The notes under the pieces: model-generated
What the model saw: the letters and a program-made list of their open reading frames with translations, nothing else
Databases searched by the model: none
What the model was told of the DNA's origin: nothing
Position numbers and translations under genes: made by a program
Origin: an uncultured delta proteobacterium
GTDB lineage: Bacteria > Desulfobacterota > Binatia > HRBIN30 > BPIQ01
Length of the DNA stretch: 64,000 nucleotides
Direction: 5' to 3'
Assembly: GCA_963761335.1 (NCBI GenBank)
Contig: CAVXGR010000018.1
Coordinates: 192,001 to 256,000, forward strand
Shown here: positions 10,514 through 21,902 of the stretch, piece by piece
How positions within the stretch are numbered: position 1 is the first letter of the stretch
How the letters are laid out: every line of letters begins with the position of its first letter

Positions 10514-10661
10514 ACGGTTGCTCGCGCGTGTCGATGTCGAGCGGCGCGTGCAGATGGTCCCTGGTCACCGGTGCCTTGAGCACGCGATAGAAACAGAACG
10601 CGCTCAGCACCAGCACAAAGCCGATGGAGCTGAGCATGAGGATCCAGCCGGCGAGCGTCAC
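10512..10661 (-). CDS. Small single-TM protein, probable MetS-like accessory subunit of the NSS transporter (49 aa)
   Basis: GTG overlaps the transporter TGA. MTLAGWILMLSSIGFVLVLSAFCFYRVLK is hydrophobic. Confidence 0.7.
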   Translation of the reverse strand: MTLAGWILMLSSIGFVLVLSAFCFYRVLKAPVTRDHLHAPLDIDTREQP

Positions 10662-12271
10662 GCGGCTCTCCGTACCCCGGTGCGCTGAAAACGCCCCTCG
10701 CGCTCCCAGCGACTCGCGGCCAGTGAAACCATCAATAGATAGAAGACCAGAACCGCCCCGATGAAGCAGGCGGTGAGCAGCGCCGCTGGGCTGGCGGCGA
10801 GAGCCCGGACCTGCTCGGGAAAGTTCTGATATGCGAAGGCGCCGAGGATGGTCAGGAGATAGACGGGGCAGACATAGCGGATGATCCAGGCGAAGAAGCC
10901 GGGAATGCGCAGGTCGCTGCCGCGGTTCGCTTCTTCCAGCCCGCGCTCGGCGCCGAGCACCCATCCGAAGAGCAGCACCTCGAAGAGCGCCAGGACGATC
11001 AGCAGGGCGCTTCCCACCCAGAAATCCATCACGTTCAGGGCGACCGTGTCGCGCGTAAAGTAGACGACCAGAAGACTCCCCGTCGCCGTCAGTGAACCCA
11101 GCGCCGCCACCGCGGCGCGCCGCCCCATGTCGAAGCCTTCCTCGAAGAAGGCGATCGCCGGCTGCAGCATCGAGATCGAGCTGGTCACCGCCGCCAGGAA
11201 GAGGAGCCCGAACCAGAGGAAGCCGAAGGCGTGCCCGAAGGGGAGGTACTCGAACACCACCGGCACGGCGTGGAAGCCGAGGCCGATGCTGGAGCCGACG
11301 ACGTGAGCCAACGGCGCCGCCCCGAGGAAGAGGAAGGCCGCGGGGATGGTGATCAGGCCGCCCAGGCATACCTCGCAGAACTCGTTGGTCGCCGACGCCG
11401 TGAGGCTGGAGAGGACGACGTCGTCATCGGGGCGCAGGTAGCTGGCATAGGTGACGATGATGCCGAAGCCCACCGACAGCGAGAAGAAGATCTGGCCGGC
11501 GGCTTCGAGCCAGACCTGCGGGTCCGCGAGCGCCGAGAACAGACCGCCGTGGCCGGATGCCGGCTTTGGATTCCACATGAAGCCGAGGGCGCTGATGACG
11601 TTCTGCTCGGGCGCCGCCGGATTGGGTGTGCCCAGGGTCAGCACACGGATGAGGATGAAGATCGCCGCCACCACCAGCGCCGGCATCGCCCACTTGCAGA
11701 ACGCCTCGATGCCCTTCGACAGGCCGCGGTAGATGAGAGTGAAGTTGAGCGTGAAGCAGATCGCCAGAAAGACCAGCCCGGAGGAGCTGCCGTCGAACAG
11801 GGCCCCGTCGCGGGTGGCGCCGATGAAGTCGTTGAAGCGGGTGGAGAAGTAGGATGCGTAGCCGCTCGGATCGGCTCCCGGCTGCACGTGACCGGCGAGA
11901 TAGGCCCAGGCGTATCCGAGACACCACGACTCGATGAAGACGTAGTACATGTAGATGACCACGGGGATGAGCAGGGCGAGGGCGCCGAACACGCGCGAGG
12001 CGGTGTGGTTCCAGACGACGCTGAACAGCCCGGGGGCAGAGTTGAAACCGTAACGGCCACCGTACCGCCCGAGTGTCCATTCGAGCCAACAGATGGGGAT
12101 GCCGAGCACCAGGAGCGAGATGAAGTAGGGGATCATGAACGCCCCGCCGCCGTAGAGCGCGGCGCGTCCAGGAAAGCGCAGGAAGTTGCCCAGCCCGACG
12201 GCGGAGCCCGATACCGCGAGAATGACGCCCAAGCGGGTGCCCCAGTGCTCGGTTGTGCCGCTGGCTTTCAT
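10658..12271 (-). CDS. Sodium-dependent NSS (LeuT-like) transporter
   Basis: GSAVGLGNFLRFP, GGGAFMIPY, QIFFSLSVGFG, AAVTSSISM. Confidence 0.93.
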   Translation of the reverse strand: MKASGTTEHWGTRLGVILAVSGSAVGLGNFLRFPGRAALYGGGAFMIPYFISLLVLGIPICWLEWTLGRYGGRYGFNSAPGLFSVVWNHTASRVFGALALLIPVVIYMYYVFIESWCLGYAWAYLAGHVQPGADPSGYASYFSTRFNDFIGATRDGALFDGSSSGLVFLAICFTLNFTLIYRGLSKGIEAFCKWAMPALVVAAIFILIRVLTLGTPNPAAPEQNVISALGFMWNPKPASGHGGLFSALADPQVWLEAAGQIFFSLSVGFGIIVTYASYLRPDDDVVLSSLTASATNEFCEVCLGGLITIPAAFLFLGAAPLAHVVGSSIGLGFHAVPVVFEYLPFGHAFGFLWFGLLFLAAVTSSISMLQPAIAFFEEGFDMGRRAAVAALGSLTATGSLLVVYFTRDTVALNVMDFWVGSALLIVLALFEVLLFGWVLGAERGLEEANRGSDLRIPGFFAWIIRYVCPVYLLTILGAFAYQNFPEQVRALAASPAALLTACFIGAVLVFYLLMVSLAASRWEREGRFQRTGVRRAA

Positions 12272-12346
12272 CGTTTCGCTGCCGCCCGAACCTGCCTAGC
12301 GGTCCCGGAGAAGTCAACGCGACGCGGCCGCTGCGGGCGTCGTCGC

Positions 12347-13141
12347 TCAGACGGAGCGGGCGATGGCGTAGACGATCACGCCGAAGACGATGCGGTAGTA
12401 GCCGAAGATGCGGAAATCGTGCGACTGCACGTAGATGATGAAGCCGCGGATGACGACCAGCGCCGAGACGAAGGCGGCGACGAAGCCCATTGCCAGCGGA
12501 GCGGCATCGGAGACCTCCAGCATCGGCAGGCTCTTGATCAGGCTGAAGAGGCTGGCGGCGGTGAGTGTCGGCAGCGCCAGATAGAATGAGAACTGCGTGG
12601 CCACCGGCCGGCTGAGTCCGACCAGCAGCCCGCCGATGATCGTCGAGCCGGCGCGTGAAACTCCGGGAAAGAGCGCCGTCACCTGGGCGATGCCCACCCA
12701 CAGCGCATCGCTCCAGCGCACCGCCTCGAGATCCTCGACCGCCGGAACGCGCGCACGGCTCTCGATCAGCAGGATCAGCAGTCCTCCCGCGATCAGCGCC
12801 GCGGCCACCGAGATGCTGTTGAAGAGGTACTCCTCGATGAGATGGTGGAAGAGTAAACCGATCGCCGCGGCCGGCAGAAAGGCGAGCATCACCTTGAGGC
12901 CGAGGTCGCGGGCCCGCGCGTCCGACGGCATGCGGCGCACCAGGTCGGTGAGCTCGCGCCGGTAGTGCCAGAACACCGCGAGAATGGCGCCGAGCTGGAT
13001 GAAGATCTCGAAGGTCGGAGCCTTGGCCTGGGGATAGTGGACGAACTCGCCGGCGATGATCAGATGCCCGGTCGAGGAGATCGGCAGAAACTCGGTGAAG
13101 CCTTCGACGATACCCAGAATGAGCGCTTTGAGTACGAGCAA
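12347..13141 (-). CDS. uppP: Undecaprenyl-diphosphatase (BacA)
   Basis: EGFTEFLPISSTGH, IQLGAILA, PGVSRAGSTI. Confidence 0.95.
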   Translation of the reverse strand: MLVLKALILGIVEGFTEFLPISSTGHLIIAGEFVHYPQAKAPTFEIFIQLGAILAVFWHYRRELTDLVRRMPSDARARDLGLKVMLAFLPAAAIGLLFHHLIEEYLFNSISVAAALIAGGLLILLIESRARVPAVEDLEAVRWSDALWVGIAQVTALFPGVSRAGSTIIGGLLVGLSRPVATQFSFYLALPTLTAASLFSLIKSLPMLEVSDAAPLAMGFVAAFVSALVVIRGFIIYVQSHDFRIFGYYRIVFGVIVYAIARSV

Positions 13142-13246
13142 GGGGCGGTCCTTTCCTCGGCGGGGGTGGTCCTCTCCTTGCCCCGGGCGGCACCGGTGCG
13201 GTGAGGAGCCGGCGGCGGCGGATGCGTCCCGCCGCCGCCAGCGAGA

Positions 13247-13897
13247 TCAGAGCTGTTTCTTGACGAAGTACCAGTCGGTGACCTCGACCGACTTGTCCTG
13301 CATGCGCTTCTCGGCGTCGGCGCTGGTCAATGGCGGCGGCACGATCACCTTGTCCCCCGGATGCCAGCCCTCGGGCGTCGCCACGCCCTTCGACTTGTTG
13401 AGCTGCAGGGCCTGTACGATGCGCATCACCTCGTCGACGCTGCGCCCGTTGGTGAGCGGATAGTAGATCATGGCGCGCAGCAGCCCTTCGTCATCGATGA
13501 TGAAGACGGCGCGCACCGTCGCCGTGCTGCTGGCGCCGGGATGGACCATGCCGTAGAGCGAGGCGACCTTCATGTCGAGGTCCGCAATCATTGGGTAGTC
13601 GACCTTGACGCCGAAGTGCTGCTCCATGTTGCGGGTCCAGGCGATGTGCGAGTACACGCTGTCGATGCTCAGGCCGATCAGCTGTACGTTCAGCTTCTTG
13701 AAATCGTCGTTCTTGCGCGCGAACTGCATCAGCTCCGTGGTGCACACCGGGGTGAAGTCGGCAGGATGCGAGAACAGCACCACCCACTTGCCGCGGTAGT
13801 TCGAGAGCTTGATCGGTCCCTGCGTGGACACCGCCTCGAAATCGGGTGCGGGCTCGTTCAGCCGGGGTAGACTTGCCTGCGCTTGCGCCGTGTCCAT
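13247..13897 (-). CDS. Peroxiredoxin, Prx6 (1-Cys) class
   Basis: FSHPADFTPVCTTE, YYPLTNGRSVDE, ATPEGW. Confidence 0.93.
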   Translation of the reverse strand: MDTAQAQASLPRLNEPAPDFEAVSTQGPIKLSNYRGKWVVLFSHPADFTPVCTTELMQFARKNDDFKKLNVQLIGLSIDSVYSHIAWTRNMEQHFGVKVDYPMIADLDMKVASLYGMVHPGASSTATVRAVFIIDDEGLLRAMIYYPLTNGRSVDEVMRIVQALQLNKSKGVATPEGWHPGDKVIVPPPLTSADAEKRMQDKSVEVTDWYFVKKQL

Positions 13898-13993
13898 AAG
13901 TTGCCACCTCCTGAAATTTTGGATGAGAATTGACCTCAGTAAGCGCCGCGCGCGGGCCTTGTCAAGGCGGAGCCGGGGGGATCGGACGGGCGC

Positions 13994-14062
13994 GGACAGG
14001 CACCTTTTCGGGCGCCGGCTATTCCTGGGCGCGACCTGCTCGGGCCGAAAAGGAGCCTGTCC
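13994..14062. repeat. Intergenic inverted repeat
   Basis: GGACAGGCACCTTTTCGG (13994-14011) / CCGAAAAGGAGCCTGTCC (14045-14062), 17 of 18 complementary. Confidence 0.75.
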
Positions 14063-14066
14063 CCTT

Positions 14067-15578
14067 TCAACCTGCCGGCTCGAAGGTGTTGATCCCGGAG
14101 GCGGCGTCGTGGCGGACGCGGCCCCGCCGTCCGATCATCTCCTGGCGCTCCATCGACTCGAGGAGGTCGCGGTCGGGCGGCGTATTGGCCCAGAAGCGAG
14201 CGCCGCTGTCCAGCCGGCCGACGATCAACCCGACCTCGGGTGCGCCGCTGCGGTCGTGGGTGACCGTGTAGGTCTCGATCGCCGCTTCGCCTTCGGCGGC
14301 GGCGACGCACTGCGGGTGCTTCATGGCATCGAGCCGATGCTGCAGCTCCTCGCCGGCGCCCCGCGGCTGCGGCTCGGCCGGCGGCGCGGTGCTGTAGACG
14401 CCGACGGAGTGCTTGGTGAGATACCAGCCGACGCCGGTCACCAGGCCCACGGCGCCCGGGTCCTGCCGCAGCCGCTGCGTCATCGCGGCGATGGCGTGCG
14501 ATGAGTAGTTGTTGCCGGGTCCGCCCGCATACGGCAATCCTCCGGTGACCGTGAGCGGCCGCGGGTCTCCCGGGGGAATGCCGAGCATTGCCGCGGCGAT
14601 CTGCGGCGCGCACGGGAAGCAGCTGTAGAGGTCGAGGTGACGCACCTGATGGATACCGACACCGGCCTGCGCCAGGGCGTCGGCGCCGGCGGCGGCGATC
14701 GCCGGGCTGCTGTGGAAGGCGACGCGGTCGCTGACGAACCAGAGATCGTTGGCGTCGGCGCCGCCGCGCACGTACACCCAGCGATCGGCGGGAATGCCGA
14801 GGCGGCGGGCCGTGGCGACGTTGGTGAGCAGCACCGCGGCGGATTGATCGACGTCCATGATGGCATTCATGAGCTTCGGATAGGGAAAGCCGATCATGCG
14901 GTTGGCGCTGCTCGGCGTCGACAGCTCCTCGGCGCTGCGCGCCTGGCGAAACCAGGCGTAGGGATTGTCGGCCGCCACCCGGGTGAAGGCGGCGGACAGC
15001 TCCCCGAGTCGGCGGCGCTGCTGCGCCACGTCCTCACGGCGCTGCGCCCGCAGGGCGTTCTCGAACAGCGGATAGATCTGCGTCGGCATCTGCGCCCGGT
15101 GCGCCTGCTCCACGGGTGTGTTGCCCCACTTGGTCTCGCCGACGGCCGCCGGAGTGCCGCTGCTCTCCGGCCACGGCAGCACGACGCCCTCGCGGCGCGC
15201 CAGCCGCAAGCTGTTCATCGCCTCGGCGCCGGCGATCAGCGCCGCCTGCACCTCGCCGCGGGCGATGCGCTGGGCCATGAGGTTCACGGCCCATTGCGGG
15301 CCATTGCCGCCGATTGCCGTGTAGAGCGCCTGTCGCGGGCGCGCCCCGAGGCGCGCCGCCAGCTGCGCCGGCGGGTCGGGATAGGACCAGGAGAGAATGT
15401 TGATCACTACCACCGCGTCGAGCTGCGCCAGCAGAGCGCCCCCGGCCTGCGTGTCCTCGGCGGCGCGCTCCGCGGCGAGCGCCATCATCTCGAGCGGTGG
15501 GCGCGCCTCGCGCAGATCGCCGGAGCGGTTGACGGTCTGACCGACGCCGACGATAATCGGCAGCTGCTCTTCTCGCAT
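14067..15578 (-). CDS. Thiolase-like protein (acetyl-CoA acetyltransferase family, TLP1-type with C-terminal extra domain)
   Basis: IVGVGQ, GGNGPQ, YPLFENA, DLYSCFP, TVTGGLPYAGGPGNNY, LTKHSVGVYST. Confidence 0.85.
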   Translation of the reverse strand: MREEQLPIIVGVGQTVNRSGDLREARPPLEMMALAAERAAEDTQAGGALLAQLDAVVVINILSWSYPDPPAQLAARLGARPRQALYTAIGGNGPQWAVNLMAQRIARGEVQAALIAGAEAMNSLRLARREGVVLPWPESSGTPAAVGETKWGNTPVEQAHRAQMPTQIYPLFENALRAQRREDVAQQRRRLGELSAAFTRVAADNPYAWFRQARSAEELSTPSSANRMIGFPYPKLMNAIMDVDQSAAVLLTNVATARRLGIPADRWVYVRGGADANDLWFVSDRVAFHSSPAIAAAGADALAQAGVGIHQVRHLDLYSCFPCAPQIAAAMLGIPPGDPRPLTVTGGLPYAGGPGNNYSSHAIAAMTQRLRQDPGAVGLVTGVGWYLTKHSVGVYSTAPPAEPQPRGAGEELQHRLDAMKHPQCVAAAEGEAAIETYTVTHDRSGAPEVGLIVGRLDSGARFWANTPPDRDLLESMERQEMIGRRGRVRHDAASGINTFEPAG

Positions 15579-15630
15579 GCTTCTCCCCGGGGACAGCGCC
15601 GCGGCTTGACGCGCGGCGGCGCTCTTCCAT

Positions 15631-15666
15631 ATTCAAGGAGCCTTTCCGATTCAAGGAGCCTTCCCG
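15631..15666 (+). repeat. 18-bp tandem duplication containing the RBS
   Basis: ATTCAAGGAGCCTTTCCG ATTCAAGGAGCCTTCCCG directly before ATG 15667. TTGACG at 15606. Confidence 0.8.
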
Positions 15667-16662
15667 ATGAAAGAATCCAACCACCGCAGTCCCCTGCACA
15701 CCCCGATCTGCGACCGCTTCGGCATCAAGCACCCGATCCTCCTCGCCGGCATGGGAGGCGTGTCGATGCACCAGCTGGTCGCCGCGGTTTCGAATGCCGG
15801 CGGCCTCGGCGTGCTCGGCGCCGCCACGCTCGACGCCGAGCAGCTGCGGCGCGAGATCCGCAGGACCCGCGAGCTCACCGACAAGCCGTTCGCCGTCGAC
15901 CTGCTCGCCCCCATTCCGGACATGATTCGCCCGCAGATGCAGGTGGTCTTCGACGAGAAGGTCGAGATCTTCGTCGCCGGCCTGGCCGTGCCCCGCGAGT
16001 TCATCGTCGAGATGCACGAGCGCGGCATGCAGGTGGTGGTGATGATCGGCCGCGTGCGCCATGCGCAGAAGTCGCAGGAGGCGGGCGCCGACGTCGTCGC
16101 CGCCCAGGGCACCGAAGCCGGAGGGCACACCGGCGAGATCGGGGCCATGGCACTGGTGCCACAGGTGGTCGACGCGGTCGACATCCCGGTGCTGGCCGCC
16201 GGCGGCATCGCCGATGGCCGCCAGATGGTCGCCTCTCTGGCGCTGGGTGCGCAGGGTGTGGTGGTCGGCACGCGCTTCATCGCCACTCCGGAGGCGCAGG
16301 CGGCGCCCGCCTATCGCGCCGCCATCGTCGGCGCCGGTGAGGCCGACACGGTGCGCACCCGCTGCTACACCGGCAAGCCGGCGCGCACCATTCGCAACCG
16401 CTACAATGACGAATGGGAGCGCCGCAAGGACGAGATCCAGCCGTTCCCCATGCAGGTCGGCATCTCCATTCAGCAGCGGGTGATGGACTACATGGGGGTG
16501 ACCGGCGATGCCGATCCGGATCGCTGCTTCATGCCGGCCGGCCAGGGCGCCGGCCTGATTCGCGAGATCAAGCCGGCCGCCGAGGTGATGGCCGATCTGA
16601 TCGAGGAGGCGGAGACGGTGCTGCGCGGCGGTCTCTTCCGCGGCGACGGCGGTGGCGCCTGA
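15667..16662 (+). CDS. Nitronate monooxygenase / FabK-like flavoprotein
   Basis: HPILLAGMGG, AAVSNAGGLG, QGTEAGGHTG, AAGGIADGR, GTRF, AGQGAG. Confidence 0.9.
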   Translation: MKESNHRSPLHTPICDRFGIKHPILLAGMGGVSMHQLVAAVSNAGGLGVLGAATLDAEQLRREIRRTRELTDKPFAVDLLAPIPDMIRPQMQVVFDEKVEIFVAGLAVPREFIVEMHERGMQVVVMIGRVRHAQKSQEAGADVVAAQGTEAGGHTGEIGAMALVPQVVDAVDIPVLAAGGIADGRQMVASLALGAQGVVVGTRFIATPEAQAAPAYRAAIVGAGEADTVRTRCYTGKPARTIRNRYNDEWERRKDEIQPFPMQVGISIQQRVMDYMGVTGDADPDRCFMPAGQGAGLIREIKPAAEVMADLIEEAETVLRGGLFRGDGGGA

Positions 16663-16711
16663 GGCCGCGCTCCTTGACCCGGCGGCCCCCGGCAGCCGAT
16701 AGTGCGGCCTG

Positions 16712-17011
16712 ATGGCAAGCGAAGCGCAAGATTCCCCTTCGCAAGATTCCCCTTCGGAAGACTTCGTCGAGCTGCCGGCGGACCGCTTCTATCACGGCAT
16801 CATCGTCAAGCTCTTCCGCGGTCGCCAGGGCGGCGTGGTGCGCACCGCCAGCGGACGCGAGGTCCCCTTTCACTTCTTGCACGTCACCCCGCTCGGCGGC
16901 CTGCGGCACTTCGAGGATCTGCGCCAGGGAATGCGCGTCGGCTACGACGTCGGCTGGACGGCGCGAGGATTGCGCGTCACGGTGTTGCGCCCGCTGGATG
17001 CCGACGAGTAG
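16712..17011 (+). CDS. Small cold-shock-like OB-fold protein
   Basis: GIIVKLF..RQGGVVR...GREVPFH...FEDLRQGMRVGYDV resembles a CSD fold. A 15-bp duplication (16726-16755) encodes QDSPS x2. Confidence 0.6.
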   Translation: MASEAQDSPSQDSPSEDFVELPADRFYHGIIVKLFRGRQGGVVRTASGREVPFHFLHVTPLGGLRHFEDLRQGMRVGYDVGWTARGLRVTVLRPLDADE

Positions 17012-17030
17012 GCCGCGTCCTTCGTTCCGT

Positions 17031-17176
17031 CATCCCCCGTTCTCGTTCCCGGTTCTCGTCCCCTCGTTTTCCGTTGTTCTGCAAGCTCGCGTAACTCGGT
17101 TGGCAGCGGCTCATTCGCGGCTGTCAGAGCGAATGGAAGACGACGGGACGAGAACCGGGAATGAGAACGGGGGATG
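17031..17176. repeat. Palindromic interspersed element, family A copy 1
   Basis: About 32-bp outer arms CATCCCCCGTTCTCGTTCCCGGTTCTCGTCCC / GGGACGAGAACCGGGAATGAGAACGGGGGATG. Homologous to 61891-62027. Confidence 0.8.
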
Positions 17177-17292
17177 AAACTCAGAAGAGGGGAGAGGCAG
17201 GGGAGTGGCGAACCACGCCCCTGCCTTCGGGGGAGTACCCGGAATGTCCAGGAGGGGGGAGGACAGTACCGGGCGGGGGAAAAGCAGTTTCT

Positions 17293-17463
17293 CTAAGCCA
17301 GGGCAGCCGCCGGGCGGCGCCGAGTGCCGAATCTCTCGCTCAAGATCACGCGGCGGGTCTTCAGCATGTGCTCGATGACCGCCACCGCTTCCTCGTCGGA
17401 GCGCGCCGAATCCTGCACCGTGCGCACGACATCGAGTAAGGTCAGATCGGCTGCTCTCTTCAT
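17293..17463 (-). CDS. Small hypothetical protein, 56 aa, not in the ORF track
   Basis: MKRAADLTLLDVVRTVQDSARSDEEAVAVIEHMLKTRRVILSERFGTRRRPAAALA*. GGAGAGG upstream, good codon usage. Confidence 0.7.
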   Translation of the reverse strand: MKRAADLTLLDVVRTVQDSARSDEEAVAVIEHMLKTRRVILSERFGTRRRPAAALA

Positions 17464-17563
17464 CTTTTCATCCTCTCCGAGACGAACCGCGCCATGTTGC
17501 CTCCACTTGGGACCGCCCCACGACGCCTTTCTGGCTCCGTCTCTTCACTTGCCAGTTTGCTTA

Positions 17564-17580
17564 AGCAGGGCACGTGCCAA
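17564..17580 (-). promoter_or_regulatory. Sigma54 (RpoN) -24/-12 promoter
   Basis: Minus strand TTGGCACGTGCCCTGCT: GG-N10-GC with a TGGCACG core. Confidence 0.75.
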
Positions 17581-17799
17581 GCCGATGGCCTATCTTTCCC
17601 GTTGGTTTGGACTCCGCTGGCGTTCACAAGTGGGTGCTTTCAGCCGGCGGGTGCTGTCAAAAAAGTCGTCGCGTTTACAGGAATCGGCGAAAAAGCCGCG
17701 CTCCCGGGATAGCTGCTTGGATAGTGGCGACTTCTTCTCGGAGACGTTGCCTTCCGCTCGCGCGTTCGCTCTATTGCCCGGCGAGGATTCTTTCCACCA

Positions 17800-18600
17800 T
17801 TGCGAAGCTCCAGGCTCACCGCCGCGCTGCTGGTTGCCGTGATCTTCTTGGGATCATGGCAGCTGTATCCGAAGGTGCGGGCGGCGGTCCTCTCCTACGA
17901 GCAGAGCCCGGCGGCGCGCGGTCGCCAGCTGGCCGAGCAGTTCGGTTGCTTCAGCTGTCACGGGCCCGAGGGCCGGGGGGGCGTTCCCAACCCCGGCAGC
18001 CATTGGGAAACGGTACCGAGCTTCGGCGAGCAGACGTTGATGATGTTCGTGGTCAACGATGGCGAGCTGCGCGAGTACATCCTCGACAGCGCTCCGGCGC
18101 GCAAGCGTCGCGACCCAGCCTACGCCGAGGAGATGAAGAAGCAGGCGCTGCACATGCCGGCCTTTCGCGGCTTTGTCAGCGACGGCGAGGTGGACGACCT
18201 GGTCGCCTATGTGCGCGCCACCTCGGGCATGCTGTCGCCGCCGGAGGCCGCCGTAGCGCGCGGCGCGGCGGTGGTGCAGCGGCTCGGCTGCTTTCACTGC
18301 CACGGGGATATGGGGATCGGCGGGCGCAACAACCCTGGGTCGCTGAAGGGCTACATCCCCGGCTTCTTCGGCGAGGATTTTCGCGACCTGGTGCGCAGCG
18401 ACGAGGAGCTGCTGTCGTGGATCCGCGACGGCGTGATCGAACGCATCACCGATCATCCGATCGGCGGCTATTTCTTTTCCCGGCAGCGCATTCGCATGCC
18501 GGCCTACAAGGAGTTTGCCAGCGACGCCGAGATCACCGACGCCGCGGCGTACGTGCGCTGGCTCGCTTCGGGCGCATGGCAGAAGCAGCCGCTCGAGTAG
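17800..18600 (+). CDS. Membrane-anchored diheme c-type cytochrome
   Basis: N-terminal TM/signal, CFSCH and CFHCH heme motifs, two repeats each with MPA(F/Y) distal Met. Confidence 0.88.
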   Translation: MRSSRLTAALLVAVIFLGSWQLYPKVRAAVLSYEQSPAARGRQLAEQFGCFSCHGPEGRGGVPNPGSHWETVPSFGEQTLMMFVVNDGELREYILDSAPARKRRDPAYAEEMKKQALHMPAFRGFVSDGEVDDLVAYVRATSGMLSPPEAAVARGAAVVQRLGCFHCHGDMGIGGRNNPGSLKGYIPGFFGEDFRDLVRSDEELLSWIRDGVIERITDHPIGGYFFSRQRIRMPAYKEFASDAEITDAAAYVRWLASGAWQKQPLE

Positions 18601-18625
18601 CGCGCCGGCCGGCGGCGCCGCGGCG

Positions 18626-21079
<2,454 letters not shown>

Positions 21080-21090
21080 GATAGTTGCTC

Positions 21091-21287
21091 GATTTCTCGG
21101 TTTCTCGGTGGCTCAGTGGGTTGGTTCTCGGGTTTCCGGGTTGTCGAGTTCGTCGAGGGGTTGCGCTGATGGTTTGAAGCGCGTCAAGAGATCTCGGCCC
21201 GGCTCCGGCGTGGCTGTAGTCAAACGCGACAACCCGGCAACCCGAGTCACCGAGAAACCGAGTCACCGAGAAACCGAGCCACCGATC
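21091..21287. repeat. Inverted arrays of 8-bp tandem repeats inside the priA-def interval
   Basis: Left (TTTCTCGG/TGGCTCAG/TTCCGGGT) units, right (CAACCCGG/CACCGAGA/AACCGAGT) units. The arms are mutually complementary. Confidence 0.8.
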
Positions 21288-21330
21288 CACTCTCTTTGAT
21301 TCGGGGTTCATTCCAGCTACTTTTGGGCCG

Positions 21331-21873
21331 ATGGCTCTGCGGAAGATATTGAAGTTTCCAGCGGATGTGCTGCAGCAGAAGGCGGCGCCGGTGGACAACA
21401 TCGACGGCGAGGTCGACGCCTTGGTGAAGGACCTGGTCGACACCATGTACGACGCCCCGGGCGTCGGCCTGGCGGCTCCGCAGGTGGGCAGCGGCCAGCG
21501 CATCATCGTCCTCGACACCGACACCGACAACCCCGGCAAGCAGCTGCTGAAGCTGGTCAACCCAGTGATCGTCGAGCGCGAGGGACGCATCGTCTGGGAG
21601 GAGGGCTGCCTGAGTGTCTTCGATTTGACTGCCGAGGTTTGCCGCTCCAAGCGCGTGCTGGTGAAGGCCTGGACGCCCGATCAGAAGGAGATCGAGATCG
21701 AGGCGGAGGACCTGCTCGCCGTCGCCCTGCAGCACGAGATCGATCACCTCGACGGCAAGCTGTTCATCGACCACATCAGTCGCCTCAAGCGCGACCTCTA
21801 CAAGCGCCGGTTGCGGAAGCTGATCCGCGAGGGCGCCTCGCTCGACGCCCAGACGGACGGCGTCCACATCTGA
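21331..21873 (+). CDS. def: Peptide deformylase
   Basis: GVGLAAPQVG, EGCLS, QHEIDHLDG. Confidence 0.97.
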   Translation: MALRKILKFPADVLQQKAAPVDNIDGEVDALVKDLVDTMYDAPGVGLAAPQVGSGQRIIVLDTDTDNPGKQLLKLVNPVIVEREGRIVWEEGCLSVFDLTAEVCRSKRVLVKAWTPDQKEIEIEAEDLLAVALQHEIDHLDGKLFIDHISRLKRDLYKRRLRKLIREGASLDAQTDGVHI

Positions 21874-21902
21874 TCGCGCCGCCGGCCTTGGCCGGCAGCG
21901 AA

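Noticed and set aside
13211..13239. Rho-independent terminator after the peroxiredoxin gene
   Set aside because: The GC stem is present but there is no U-tract, so it is not called.
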